This document shows positions 1 to 13,416 of a DNA stretch of 64,000 nt, in pieces. The position numbers and the translations under genes were made by a program. The stretch covers positions 75,020,001 through 75,084,000 of the forward strand of contig OZ024741.1 in assembly GCA_964016885.1 (NCBI GenBank), given 5' to 3'. The notes beneath the pieces were generated by a model, which saw only the letters and a list, made by a program, of their open reading frames with translations, did not search any database and was not told the DNA's origin. This DNA comes from Eledone cirrhosa (taxonomy: Eukaryota). Position 1 is the stretch's first letter; every line of letters begins with the position of its first letter.

Positions 1-1289
1 AACCAGCCAAATACTAGATTAATTTTTCTTTCTTGTCCTGTATCTGTCTGTCACTCTTTCTTTCCTTCTCACTCCCCTCTTCCCCTCTCTTTCCAACTCT
101 CTCTTTCACCCTCGCTCTTTCTCTTTTCCCCTCTCTCTTCTCTTTCCCCACCTCTCTCTTTATCTCTCCAACCCTCTCTCTGAGAATTGATTATTGTTTC
201 AAGTATAGCTCATGTTCAGTTCCAATGTATCAATGTATGGATTATCTCTGGGTACTTTGGTTTCTATACATAACAATGATTTTATTCCCATTGGTGGCTT
301 ATGTCCTGTCACATATTTCTCTTAATGTTTAAAAGACTGTTTAGAATAAAACTATTCCAAGAAAAAAATATAAATATGTTTCAAATTAATTTAAACTGTT
401 TTCACTTTCACTTAATCCTGTGTTCTTATTTAATATGCATAAACTCTTTCAAGTATTGCTTTTAGTGAATTGCAATATTCAAATGTGTAGATTACTACTG
501 AGTACTCTGGTTTTCACACATTATAAAAATGATGCTGGTTCCACTGGTGGTTTTTCTCCTAATGTTCCAGCTTCTACTAATTTTTAAAAGTCTTTTAAAA
601 AGTATTAAAATCAAAAATAGATAAAATGTTATATTCAATAATAGTTTCAAATGAATTTAAACTTTTTTCACATTTTAGTCATGTATTCCTATCAAATATA
701 GTATGAATTAGCCATATGGTATTTACATAATTGAGTGATGAAGTATATTATTCATATTAAGTATGTATCTGATGGAGAGTGCATTAGATTCCAAAATTGG
801 ATAAATATTCTGGGAAAAAAATAATTTCTTTCTTAGTTAGCTTCATAATCACATAGTTTTGGGTTCATTCCCATTCCCATTGGCAAGTTCTTATGAATAA
901 AATGTGGTTGATAAAAACTAAAGTCGACGTAAAATGATGATGATGATGATGATGATGAAGATGATGATGATGATGATATATATATATATGAGACCGGTGG
1001 ACAGAAATACATGGAGCAGGACACTAAGGAGCACTGTCAGGCAGGAACCACCCCTACTTAGGGATTAATTGTGTCCTGCATAATCAAAAACTGGATGATG
1101 ATGATATATATATATATATATATATACATTATGAAGAGAGAAGAAACATTTAGATATAATTAGTAATAAAATGTATCATACCATATATATATATATAACG
1201 AAGGAAATGTGGTAAGGAACCAGGTGGACCATAACGCACCAAAGTACTCAATACTTAGGGTAGTAGAGTGGGTAATAGGAACGAGTAGG

Positions 1290-1385
1290 ACCCCGACGGC
1301 TGAGCTCAAGCCGTTTCGACGGCTAGTTCTGGACTAAATGAAAATTTTTATCTTGGTATATGAATAGCCGAGCTTCTCAGGGGGT
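1290..1385 (-). ncRNA. Type-I hammerhead-like motif (core CUGAGAA, extended stem II)
   Basis: Reverse complement reads acccc-CTGAGAA-gctcggcta...tagccgtc-GAA-acggct tgagctc agccgt-C-ggggt. Stems I, II and III and a GUC site are present; the core has C3.A8. Confidence 0.65.
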
Positions 1386-2523
1386 AATTCCATATATGGT
1401 AAAAGTGATTGTCACAAGGATTGGTCAAAAGTTTGTTGTAGAGACACATAATTCTATCATGGCAATTTGTGGAAGGAAGGGGTAGCTGAACCTGCCATTA
1501 GGAGAAAGAGGGAGAGGGGGTGGAGGAAACCCAGTCGTGCGTTGATAGTGCCAACTACAGCAGGGCAGGAGGTCAAGGAAGTATACTAGGGAGGGGGAGG
1601 GGGAGGAAGTCGAAACAATAAGTAAAACAATATGGGGTAAATATATAGAAAAATACCGAGAATGTTAAAAAAACAATTAAATATAGAAAAAAACAATTTC
1701 TGGTTACTATAACCTAAGGACAGCTATCAAGTCTATCACTGGTACTGCTAGACTAAAGAAAGGTTTACTAGGTGGGACGGAATTATAATGAGACCCTTTT
1801 AAGAGGTAGTAGTAATCAACCGAGTATATCTTACGGTGACGGGTCAACAAGTGGGGGGCCAAAATACTAAAGAAACTACCACAAAATAATAATTCAGAGT
1901 CCCGAGACTAATACGAAATAATGGTTTCTACCCTAGGCTCAAGGCCAGCAACCACCCAGTGCAAAAAATAAACTAATACGAAATAATAATTCAGAATCCC
2001 GAAAAAGAATACTAATACTATCTCTAAGGGTGCCGCTACGATACAAAAATTCTAGTGCAAACTACATAAATGCTCGTACGAAGTATATGAAAAATTTGAT
2101 ACGGAAAATTAATTCAGAATCCCCCCCCCTCCCCCCCAAAAAAAAATAAATACTGATATACGAGAAATTAAAGCAAAGATACCACCAAGAAATGTAGAAA
2201 GCACGGAAAAGGGGCAGCCATCGGATAAGAAGGCAAGTATCCGGGGTCTATCACATCTGCTATAAAAACCGGAGTTGGCCAATTCTATCATAGAATAGGG
2301 GAAGGGGGTGGGGGTACTGAGGCTACAAAGGACCGAGGGGCTACCTCGGGTGGGCGAGAAAGTGAAAAGGACGACGACAAAGAAAGAGGACTGGGGTGGA
2401 AGGACTAGGGAGGGATGGGGGGAAGAAGGAAATATAGAGGAAGCGATAAAAAGATATAAAAGAAGATCTTACGTCTACCTTTGCAAGCAGGGGTTACCCA
2501 TTACAAAGTCGGCAAGTGGGGTG

Positions 2524-2776
2524 TTACAGCCCTTGACTACCCCCCCCCCCCTGGTCATTATGGGGTTTGAGAGCGAGGTAAGTCCTACGCAATCTGTGTT
2601 TGCATGCAGTTACCAGTTCATCTTTCTTGTTTAGGAGTTGGTCCGTCGAAAACAGCATTTGTAAAGTTTCCTCCGAGCATAAATTGCACGGACGGCGTCC
2701 TCCCGTGTAAGAGTTGGCTCTGGACAGTAAGCTCCAAGTGAGATCATAGGTAATATTGTTATTCTTGAGGTCCCAG
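2524..2776 (-). pseudogene. Penelope-like GIY-YIG endonuclease C-terminal fragment
   Basis: Manual translation: WDLKNNNITYDLTWSLLSRANSYTGGRRPCNLCSEETLQMLFSTDQLLNKKDELVTACKH. This fits the W-LK...W...Y...CxLC..E...LLN..E...CxH pattern of PLE endonucleases. It is absent from the ORF track because it has no start codon. Confidence 0.8.
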
Positions 2777-3129
2777 TGATAGACTTGATAGCTGTCCTTA
2801 GATTATAGTAACCAGAAATTGTTTTTTTCTATATTTAATTGTTTTTTTAACATTCTCGGTATTTTTCTATATATTTACCCCATATTGTTTTACTTATTGT
2901 TTCGACTTCCTCCCTCTCCCCCTCCCTAGTATACTTCCTTGACCTCCTGCCCTGCTGTAGTTGGTACTATCAACGCACGACTGGGTTTCCTCCACCCCCT
3001 CTCCCTCTTTCTTCTAATGGCAGGTTCAGCTACCCCTTCCTTCCACAAATTGCCATGATAGAATTATGTGTCTCAACAACAAACTTTTGACCAATCCTTG
3101 TGACAATCACTTTTACCATATATGGAATT

Positions 3130-3225
3130 ACCCCCTGAGAAGCTCGGCTATTCATATACCAGGATAAAAATTTTCCTTTAGTCCAGAATTAGCCGTCGAA
3201 ACGACTTGAGCTCAGCCGTCGGGGT
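3130..3225 (+). ncRNA. Type-I hammerhead-like motif (inverted copy of 1290-1385)
   Basis: acccc CTGAGAA gctcggcta...tagccgtc GAA acgact tgagctc agccgt C ggggt, with one stem III mismatch. Confidence 0.6.
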
Positions 3226-3255
3226 CCTACTCGTTCCTATATATATATATATATA

Positions 3256-3384
3256 TAATGAAGGAGTTGTGGTAAGGAACCAGATGGACCATAACGCACC
3301 AGAGTACTCAATACTGAGGGTTGTGGAGTGGGTAATAGGAAAATATATGACCCCTTGAGCTCTGCCGTCGGGGTTATACATTTT

Positions 3385-3390
<6 letters not shown>
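3256..3390 (-). mobile_element. Short terminal fragment of the 1197-3240 PLE family with mini foldback
   Basis: Matches 1197-1310. Internal hairpin ataggaaaatatatgacccc...ggggttatacattttcctat; flanked by (TA)n. Confidence 0.7.
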
Positions 3391-3425
<35 letters not shown>

Positions 3426-5214
3426 CAATGGATTCTACAGGACTGTGGTTATCCCTAATTGAACCCAGGATATATATATATATATATATGCATGTGTTTA
3501 CGTCCATGTCTGCGTTTGTCTTGTAACTTAGTGGTTCAACAAAAAAGAGATCAATAAAATAAGTACTAAACACGACAAAAAAATAAGTACTGTGGTTGAA
3601 AAGAGTGAGTAAATTCTTTTATGGTGGCCACAATCTAGATGACTGAAACCAATAAGAAAAAAATAAAAGAATGCTTATATTTCAAAAGAAATCATTAACT
3701 CTTAACGTCTTGTATCACATGAAACAGCATTAAAAAGACTTAGAAAAATACAAAACAGTACTATGACTGCCTCACATAAAATTAACATCTTTACTCTAAT
3801 TCTGCAAATATTTGCAAAGATTTGTCAACTAATATAGATATGACAAACATTTGAATTAACAACCAGTTTTTGATATTTTCTACTAAATCTTTACAGGATG
3901 TTAAAAGTAAAGAACAATTCTAGAGTATTTATAATTACATTTCAACCTGGCTATTGAACACAGGGCGCAGTGAGCCAGAACAAAACACTGCAACAACATT
4001 CTGTTTGAACGCTCTAACAACTCTAATAATGGACTTTATTGTAGGAAATAATAAATGGAAAAATGGGTGCCATTCATCTGACAGCTTGGTAATTTAACTT
4101 CCAATCTTCTCTGGATATTTCCTTGTCCATTAAGAGATCGGTTTCAATTAGAACTTTGCATATTTCCGGAGATTGTTGCTAGTTGACATAAATTTCAATG
4201 TTTGTTGTTTTGTGGCAATGATATATATTCATGCGTGTGTGTGTATGTGTGTATGTGTGTGTGTTAACATGACAACTTTACTGTGTGTGTGTGTTAACAT
4301 GATAACTTTACTGTATGTGTTATCTGTATATATACTTAATGCTTGTGTATGTAGTAGTGTGGGTGCAGGCATGGTTGAATGTTCAAGAAGTTCAATTCAC
4401 AATCATGAGGTTCTGGGTTCAATACCACTGGGTGGCATCTTAGCCAGGTGTCTTTGCCATGGCTTCAGGTTGACCCAGGTAGACAAAAACTGTGTGGATG
4501 CCTAGCAGATGGATTGTACCTCTAATTCATAGACTTTGCCTTGTGACATATTGTGTCATACTTGAGTATTACATTAAGGGTACTCATGTCCATGGAATAC
4601 CCAATTGCTTACAGCTTTGTGCAGAAGCAGTACCATAGCGAATGAGGGTTATCTGAGGTGTGGCTATTGCTAGTTGAAAACTATAAATTATGTTAATTCA
4701 CAAGCTGCACAACTATTTGATTGAACATCTGAATGCTCATTGTTGAAACTCATTGAAGATCTATGACCATTATCATCAACTTGTATATATCATGGTGGTG
4801 TATTAGCTGTAGTATACATTGTGAATGGTGTCTAGTATATATTGGGATGTTTTGTTCAGAAATGTACTCAGCTTACATTGTAAATTGATAATGCAGTTGC
4901 AGCATAAATGCACCCAGCCCACTCTGTATAGTGGTAGTGCTCATGCCATGATAAAATGCATCCACTTCACTTATTAGGGCTATGATAAATGCATCTAGCC
5001 CACTCTGAAGTGGTTGGCATTAGAAGGAGCATCCTGCTGTAGAAAATATTCCAAGATGAAAAGTGTGAGCAAGACATAATTGTCTGACATGTCTGGCTTC
5101 AGATGATGACAATAGTGATAATAATGATGATGTTGATATATGTTGTGATCTTTTATTATAGTGCACCTCAGCACTGTACACAATAATTTCATTATTATTA
5201 GCATTATTATATAG

Positions 5215-5960
5215 TATATGTTGTATAGTATATACAGGATATGTTGTGATGTATGATATAGGTAGCATATGTTGTGATGTTGTATGGTATATATAGTATA
5301 TGTTGTGATGTTGTATGGTATATATAGCATATGTTGTGATGTTGTATGGTATATATAGCATATGTTGTGATGTTGTATGGTATATATAGTATATGTTGTG
5401 ATGTTGTATGGTATATATAGTATATGTTGTGATGTTGTATGGTATACATAGTATATGTTGTGATGTATTGTATATATAGTATATGCTGTGATGTTGTATT
5501 TTTTATATAGTATATGTTGTGATGTATGGTATATATATAGTATAAGTTGTGATGTTGTATGGTATATATAGTATATGTTGTGATGTTGTATGGTATATAT
5601 AGTATATGTTGTGATGTTGTATGGTATATATAGCATATGTTGTGATGTTGTATGGTATATATAGTATATGTTGTGATGTTGTATAGTGTATATAGCATAT
5701 GTTGTGATGTTTATGGTTTATATAGATATGTTGTGATGTTGTATGGTATATATAGTATATGTTGTGATGTATGGTATATATAGTATATGTTGTGATGTTG
5801 TTGGTATATATAGTATATGTTGTGATGTTGTATGGTATATATAGTATATGTTGTGATGTTGTATGGTATATATAGTAAATTTGTGATGTATGGCATATAT
5901 AGTATATGTTGTTTGTTGTGTGGTATATATAGTATATGTTGTATAGTATATATAGTATAT
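5215..5960. repeat. 31-bp minisatellite
   Basis: More than 20 copies of atgttgtatggtatatatagtatatgttgtg, with variants. Confidence 0.95.
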
Positions 5961-7184
5961 ATTGTATGTTATACACAGTATATATTGTGTTGTGCATATT
6001 GAGTGTATGCATGGTAAATACATTCTGTTATTGTTTTTATCACTTGTCATATATATTAACTTCCGTACTTATTTTATTGACCTCTATTTGTCGAGCTGTT
6101 AAGTTACAGGATATAAACAAACAACAAATGTAAACAGAGGCATTGACACACACACACATACATGTATAATAGGCTTCTATTGTTTCTATCCATCAAATTC
6201 CACTTATAAGGCAAGGTAATGGGTCAAACCAAGACTATAGTAGTAGACACTTGGACAAAGTGCCACAAAGTGAGACTTAACAATAGAGATTGTAAAGCAA
6301 ATGCCTTAACCTCAAAACCATATTGAAGTGTTTACAATAAATGGGATGTAATAGAATCTAGTTATTTGTCTTCTACCTACACAAAACCTCTCACCATTCA
6401 CTTCGTCATCATTCATTAAATTTAATTATGGATATGGCTTTCTATTTGTTGCTGTGGCATCTGTAAAGAATTAGAAGGGATATTTGAGATGATACATTTA
6501 TAAACTGCTCCCAAACACTAAACTGGTTGACTTCTTGTTAACATGGACACTCAAAATCATAACACCTCATCAACCACTAGGAGCCTTTTATGTGGTTGCT
6601 TGATTTTGCAAGAAATAACCAAACCACTTTCAAACTATTCCTTGCTATCTAAAAAAAAAATGTTTTAAATGAAGTAAAGTGCACATCGAATAATGTGGCC
6701 CAAGATACACAAGGTATAAAAACTAGCATAGCTTGGTTACAGTTAAATTTCATTTGATCATAAAGGGGAACAGCAACATCAAAAACAGCAACAGCAACAT
6801 CAAGAGTAGCAACAGCAACAATAGCAACACCAACAATAGCAATAACATCCAAACAGTGACATCAACAACAGCAACAACAACAGCCTATAACAATAGCAAC
6901 AACAATGTGGTGAACACACCTCACATCACAGTTGAATTGATTTTCTTTTTCAGATTATGGGGAGATAATGCATGTGGTCTAAACCTGTAGAATAAATAGC
7001 TAAAGTGGGAAAGAGAGGATATAGGGGTTTCAGTCTGCCTTCGAAACAACACTTTTATGATGGTGGTGCTTTTGGGATTGTTGTATATATTTGCGTATGC
7101 AGGGGTCAGAGAGGTAGCTAGTATATTGAAGGGCTGCCCTGGGTAATACACCCTAGCTATGTCACTCGGGTAACCCACTTTCAT

Positions 7185-7230
7185 TACAGGACTAGAAGTG
7201 TTTCATTCGGGAGAAATCATCAGGGGCTTC
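7185..7230 (-). ncRNA. Hammerhead-like motif (family shared with 12305 and 13417)
   Basis: Reverse complement: gaagccc CTGATGA tttctcccgaat GAAAC acttctagtcct GTA. Stem I is degenerate. Confidence 0.55.
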
Positions 7231-8574
7231 ACTTACAGTGCTTTTTGTTGTGACACCTACACGACCACTTTACAGTGTGGACAGGGTGCTTTTTGTCTTG
7301 ACACCTACACGACCACTTTACAGTGTGGGGTGGGGCATACTGTATATATGCTTCAGCTTTGGCTTGTGCTTGTAGGAAGTTGGATCTTCTGTATTACTGC
7401 ATAACACCAGAGATCTCAGGTGTCCCCCCCCCCCCCCCGAATCACACTACCACCATTCTGTTATGCATGTTTAGCATTGTATGCATGCGACATGAGGGTC
7501 CGTGTTTTATATCCCTTTGTTCCTTGTTCTCCGTATGTATATCTGCATTTGTATTTATGTATATTTTTGTTCCTTTTGTTCCTATGTTCTCCATATGTAT
7601 ACCTGCATTTATATCTGTATACCAATATGTATGTTTTTTTTGTTCCTATGTTCGCTACCTACAACTCACATCCACAGTCTAGCAGTCCCTTTTTGTCCAG
7701 GTGTTGTTGTTGTCATTGTTATTATTAATACCAATGTAGTTATGACTGACTACTATTGTTGTTACTAATTATTATGCACTCAGATTATTGCTGGCCTTGT
7801 GCCAAACAGTAGAAATGATTATTATTATTATTATTACTATAGGAATTTATTTACAGCCACCGATACCACCAGAACATTTTTTTGTTGCTGTTGTCATCGT
7901 GACAGATTCATTACTAGTGTTGTTGTTGCCACTGCTTGGCTATCAGGTAGAGATATAGCTATTGCCATTAGCAGGGTATTACTATCACTGCTACTACAAT
8001 GGCCAGTGTAGGCGATGTGGTCGGTGTTGTTGTTGCTGCTGCTGTTATTGATGTTGATGTTGATGATGTTGTTGCTGCTGCTGCTGTCCTTGAATGTAGC
8101 TGTCATCAAACTGTTTATATCACCTTCCCTCAGAGTTCCATTTATTGCTTCCACTATTTGTTGAAATCTAGCTATGCATAGACTATTGTCTGGTGCAGAT
8201 CACCACAAAACACTTGAAGGATTATCCTTTTGGTAATTTACGACACTAAATCTGTGGTGGGTACATGAGTCCAGATTTGCTAATTGACACATAGATAGCA
8301 TTTCACTCCAGAAAATGAAAACACGACAGCTGAGAAAGACCCTTTTAGGAACTTATATGTCTGCCAGCCGCATGAACAGAAGGACATGTTTTTCTGCCTG
8401 TGGCATATCACAAAATCGAATTTCATCTGAAGATACCATTCTCATAACAACAACAAATAGATGAATTACATCTTGGATTGCATGGGAGAACCGTTGAAAT
8501 AATTATTATGAATAAACGATTTATGTAACATCAGCATCTTTCTTAATGTTATTCTTATATATATATATATTTTT

Positions 8575-9161
8575 TTTCTAGGGCGGGTAAAATTCCCGAG
8601 ATCCATGGACGAGTTCTCTCCAGTGGTCTCTGTCCCTCATTATCGCTGCCATGTCCTGCATCTACAACAGACCAGTGTCTGTCTTTAGGGCATCAACATA
8701 CGTTAACCTTGGTCTTCCTCTTCCAGTGTGTCCATGTAGGGGCTCCCACAGGAGCACTGAGTGAAATGTCAACTCTGGATGTTGGTGAGCATGTCCAGCT
8801 AACCCCAGTCTCCGCTGTGTCACTTTTGAGCTGACTTTTGGGAGGCTCCCATACAGCTCTGAGTTTTTCATCTTCAGTGTATACTGATTAATATTCAGAG
8901 CCATCCTCAACATTCTCGTAGCACCTAGCCGCTAGAATTGGTTGAGGACTTCCTGTATTTGGGAGCAAAGATTGGGAATATGGAAGATGATGTGGTTGAG
9001 AGGAAGAGCAAAGCCTGGGCGGCGTGCCACAGTTTGAGATCGGTGTGGAAGTCGGACCTTCGTAAAGACCTGAAAATCCGCCTCTTCATTGCTGTAGTGG
9101 AGTCTGTGCTGCTGTACGGGTCTGAGACTTGGACACTGACCAAGAAACTCACTCAGATGGT

Positions 9162-9165
<4 letters not shown>
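8575..9165. mobile_element. RTE-like LINE 3' fragment with inverted 5' segment
   Basis: Plus 8930-9165 encodes EDFLYLG...VESVLLYGSETWTLTKKLTQMVD. Minus 8925-8580 continues RMLRMALN...RRLGLAGH...GRGRPRLTY. Confidence 0.85.
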
Positions 9166-9198
<33 letters not shown>

Positions 9199-9774
9199 CA
9201 TCATCATCACTGTTTTAGATTGGCTTCTTCCTGTTTGCATGGGTTGGATGGGTTCTTTCCAGTGCAACATCTCTCCAATCATCTTGGACTTTTGTCCTCA
9301 CCTCTTTGAAACATAATTAAGATGTATCAGGTATGTTTTAAATAAATGAACTTATATACATACACACTATTGAGTTCTATCTCCATTGTTTACAATTACA
9401 ATACATATAATGTATATATTTTACTATAGAAAAATAATCTAGATCAGGCTGCGTGTGGCTCTTTACAAGCACACCTGCAGCCCGCACAAAGGTTTTTACA
9501 GTGGGAGGATGTTTTATCTTCGTAATATAAAATTTAAAAAATTGGTTGTAATGTGCACAATTAGTTGTCATGTGCAGTCCTCAGACAACACATATGTGAT
9601 ATATGTGGTCCCTGGAGAACCCTCAGTTTGACATGCCTGGTTTATCCAGATAATAGGGTGTAGAAGCCGCCTTAGTAGAAAAATGGACATTAGCACTTGC
9701 ATGACATGAACCCATACCTTCTGCATACCAGGTAGAAATGCTACCATTACACCAAAATGAGTGTCTCATTTTCT

Positions 9775-10260
9775 GTCAGACATCTTGCTTTGCAGCATAG
9801 AGTTATGGCCCTTTACATTCTGAATTCTAATCCCGCCGAGGTTAACTTTACCTTTCATCTTTATGGGGTCAATAAAAATAAAAGCACCGGTGATGCACCG
9901 GGGTAATTGCTGGCCTTGTGCCAAAAGTAGAAACATTATTTGCTGAGTTCAAATCCTGCCGAGGTCAACTTTGCCTTTCATCTTTACGGGATTGATAAAA
10001 TAAAGGATCAGTAATGCACTGGGATAATTGCTGGCCTTGTGCCAAATGTAGAAATAATTATTAGAGCGGTGGATTGGCAGTATCGTAAAGCATCAGACAC
10101 CATGTTTTGCAGCATAGAGATAAGGCCCTTTACGTTCTGAGTTCAAATCCTGCCGAGGTTAACTTTGTCTTTCATCCTTACAGGGTCAATAAAAATAATA
10201 AAACACCAGTAATGCACTGGGTAATTGCTGGCTTTGTGCCAAAAGTAGAAACAATTATTT
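9775..10260 (+). mobile_element. Three tandem tRNA-derived SINE copies
   Basis: B-box-like gttcaaatcc, core gcctttcatccttacggggtcgataaaataaagtaccag, and 3' ggccttgtgcc..tagaaac(att)n. Confidence 0.85.
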
Positions 10261-10458
10261 TGAAGCTATACATAAATAGCGAGAGATAAAGAAATGACTG
10301 TTTCAAAATGATGGAATTTGAAACTTTTATGAGAAAGAAGCTTCATTGAATTTCATTTTTTAGAGAAAAATAGGCTATTTTTCTGTTAAGGGAGATTATG
10401 TGACCTATTTTTAAGACTATTTTTCTATAGATATAAAAAAAAAGTTGATGAAGCTTCT

Positions 10459-10525
<67 letters not shown>

Positions 10526-11379
10526 AGGTGAAATTGGAAATAGCACGGAAAACATATTTAAGGATCTGTTTTTCCTTTTTTTTCCTTTCTTTGATTCATC
10601 AAAGTGACATTATTGAAAAAATATACATTTATATACATTATAAAAAAGATTTTTATAATGTATATAAAATGTGTATAAAATGTAACCAGTTTCGATGTAT
10701 TAGTGAAATCCATCTTATTCATATTACAATAAAAAAGAATTAAAAATTAAAGATTTAAAATTAAGTGTAGAGGCAAGTTTGTTCATCTTTCTTGTTGAGA
10801 AGAAGACTGGAAAAATGGAATGTTGTGTATAGAGAGAGAGGTAGTCATGGTAGTAGTAGCAGTAGCAGTGGTGGTAGTTGTGTTTTTTCACACAGAACAA
10901 AATTATTTTTAGGGAGAGGGATATTTTCTGTAAATATGTGTGTGTATCTCAATTGTGGTAATGGACTGGTCAAGAGTTCAGATGGGGGTGGCGAAGAGGG
11001 GAAATGTAAGCTAGAGACAAATTCAATGGGTGAGGGAGGTAAATAGGATTGGCAAAAGTAGGGTTATAAAAGAAATTTTATTTTTGGAATATGGTTTTAG
11101 AGAGTATGAGTGTGTATGTGTGAGAGTGTATATATAAAAATACACACATGTGTTTGCGTGTGGAAGTGTGGTGTGCATGTATGTGCTTTAGTTCATCTGT
11201 CACAGATTCCTTTGTGGTGGGAAATAAAAAAAAACAACAGGGCAAAGTATCAGTGGTGGCTTTCAAACAGGAATATTTGGAAAATATGTGTATGAGCAAT
11301 TTCTTTCTTATTTCGTGGTGTGTATGTGTGTGTGTGTGAGAGAGAGAGAGGGGGGGGGGGCAGAATCTAATGGGGGCGA

Positions 11380-12241
11380 TTACATATTTAACTTGGGTTT
11401 AAATCCATTAATAAATAGTTTTTCTTTATTCTTTGTTGTTGTGTGAAATAATCCAAGCACTTGTAAAGGGGGAAAGATTTTAAAGTTGGGTAGGGTCATT
11501 CCTGCACAATCTGCAATGTGGCTACTTAAGGGGATTTTTCTTGTGTTTACGTCTCAGGTTTGTTGGCTGGCGATGGATGGTCATTATTTTGCATAATGAC
11601 ACACCTGTCTGTCCTATGTAGTTATGTCAACAACCACCACATGTGATTACGTATATCAGGTTCTCTGAGTTGTAAGTGAAGTTTTTTTTTACTGTGAAAG
11701 TTTGGCCATCTTTAAATGTGAATTTTTGTCCTTCAATTAAGTATAGGCATGTGCCACAGTTTGTTCATCTGTATATTGTTACCGTAAGGTTGAAGATTGG
11801 TTTGTGTATTTTTGTTCCAGTGAGAATGTGTTTTAGTGATTTGGGTTGATTTTCACTTTTAATGATCTTGTGTGTTTCTAGGATTCTTTTAATTTTTTTC
11901 ATCTTTATATAGAATGGGGCGATTTTTGTGAAGATGGTCGAACATTTCCGTGTTTCTATGGTTGAAGATGGAAACATATGGTAAGGTATTGTTTGTGGCA
12001 CTGTGTTTTGGGTTGTTGAGTTGATGAAAATTTGCATGTTTTGCTCTGTCTATTCCGTTATTAATTATGTCAAGTGGGAAGGGTCTTAAGGTAAGTGTGC
12101 TTTTTGGTTCATTTAGTCTTTGCTCCCGTTTAGCTGGGTCTGATACTATGGGCATATATGTTTGGCTAAATTAAAAGGAATGTTAAGTTTTGTATGTTTT
12201 GGGTGATTTGATGTGAAGAGGAGGTACTGTTTGGAGTCCGT

Positions 12242-12248
<7 letters not shown>
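11380..12248 (-). pseudogene. Penelope-like element remnant: RT thumb, linker and GIY-YIG endonuclease
   Basis: Minus translation gives KPTDSKQYLLFTSNHPKHTKLNIPFNLA, SENLIYVITCGGC*HNYIGQTG and KEKLFINGFKPKLNM*. The frame is broken by frameshifts and truncated at (TA)n. Confidence 0.9.
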
Positions 12249-12304
<56 letters not shown>

Positions 12305-12305
<1 letters not shown>

Positions 12306-12356
12306 GCTTCCCTGATGATTTCTTTCAAATGAAACTTTTCTAGTCCTGTAGAAGCC
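12305..12356 (+). ncRNA. Hammerhead-like motif
   Basis: ggcttc-c-CTGATGA-tttctttcaaat-GAAAC-ttttctagtcct-GTA-gaagcc. Stem I is ggcttc/gaagcc. Confidence 0.6.
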
Positions 12357-12479
12357 ATTTCTATATTAAACATTGTATATACTCTACAATGTATTGAGTA
12401 CCTTACTTATTGTGGTTACCCCCGATTGAACCCGGGATACACACACACATATATTTAAAATGTATCTTCAACATAGCTG

Positions 12480-12900
12480 TATACATATATGTATGTGAAT
12501 TTCATATATATAAAGATATATGGTATATTTAATAAATAAGCATTTTGAAAGCCTAGCTGTGAATATTGAAAGGCTGGCAACCAGCGCTGTCTAGCAGATT
12601 CCAGCACTTTTAAGTTGAGCCAACTTACACAGCTTCATATACAAATGAGGCTGATCAGCCTACCTACACAGGCGAAAATACTATATATTCTCGCCTGTTC
12701 TCAAGTTCCAGCACAAAGCAGCGGGATGACACCGTCCCGATGAGAGCCATCAGCTTGAAATATAGGCAATTATCCCTAGCTACTTCTGCTGGAATCTGCC
12801 AGACGGTGTTGGCCATCAACCTTTCAATATTTATAGCTGGGCTTTCAAAATGTTTATTTATTAAACATACCTTTAGATATATGAAATTCACGCATACATG
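12480..12900. mobile_element. Non-coding foldback element with degenerate minimal hammerhead (12734-12767); related copy at about 33497-33830
   Basis: About 12490-12606 is inverted at about 12787-12897. Motif: gtc-CCGATGA-gagc catca gctt-GAA-atat-A-ggc. Confidence 0.6.
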
Positions 12901-13014
12901 CATATATACATAATGTTTGTGTGTGTATGTATATCATCATCATCATTTAGTGTCTATTTTCCATGCTTGCATGTGTTAGATGGCTGTAATGTACTGAAGC
13001 CTTGCATGTTGATA

Positions 13015-13195
13015 TTGGCAGTATCGGTAGAGAGTCGGACGCCATGCTTTCCAGCATGGTTACGTCCCTTTACGGTCTGAGTTCAAAAGCCGCCGAGGTT
13101 TACTTTGCCTTTCATCCTTACGGGGTCGATAAAATAAAGTACCAGTAATGCACTGGGTATTTGCTGGCCTTGTGCCTAACGTAGAAACAATTATT
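13015..13195 (+). mobile_element. tRNA-derived SINE
   Basis: Same family as 9775-10260. Confidence 0.85.
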
Positions 13196-13416
13196 TTCCA
13201 TTATAGGGTCTTATATGTTCTGCTATCAGGCTATTCTCTATAGTCAAAATAAATCAAAAGCTCTAATTCAATCTTTAAATTTTCATTGCTACTGTGTTCA
13301 TTTACACACACAGCCATGCATGTATATATTTTTAATAGAGGATGAGAAGGGAACCACAATTAAACAAGGTACTCAAAACATTAATAGAGAAGGTATATAT
13401 TTATTTCATATAGAAA

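Larger units (their letters stand above)
1197..3240 (-). mobile_element. 5'-truncated Penelope-like element (GIY-YIG C-terminus + 3' UTR/pLTR) with inverted pLTR copy, between (TA)n
   Basis: About 1275-1742 is the reverse complement of about 2774-3240. The minus strand between the arms encodes a PLE endonuclease C-terminus. Both arms carry a hammerhead-like fold, and TA runs flank both ends. Confidence 0.8.

Noticed and set aside
4995-6050. Multiple overlapping Tyr/Ile/His-rich ORFs
   Set aside because: They are translations of the 31-bp minisatellite. The units have no unique spacers, so this is not a CRISPR array either.
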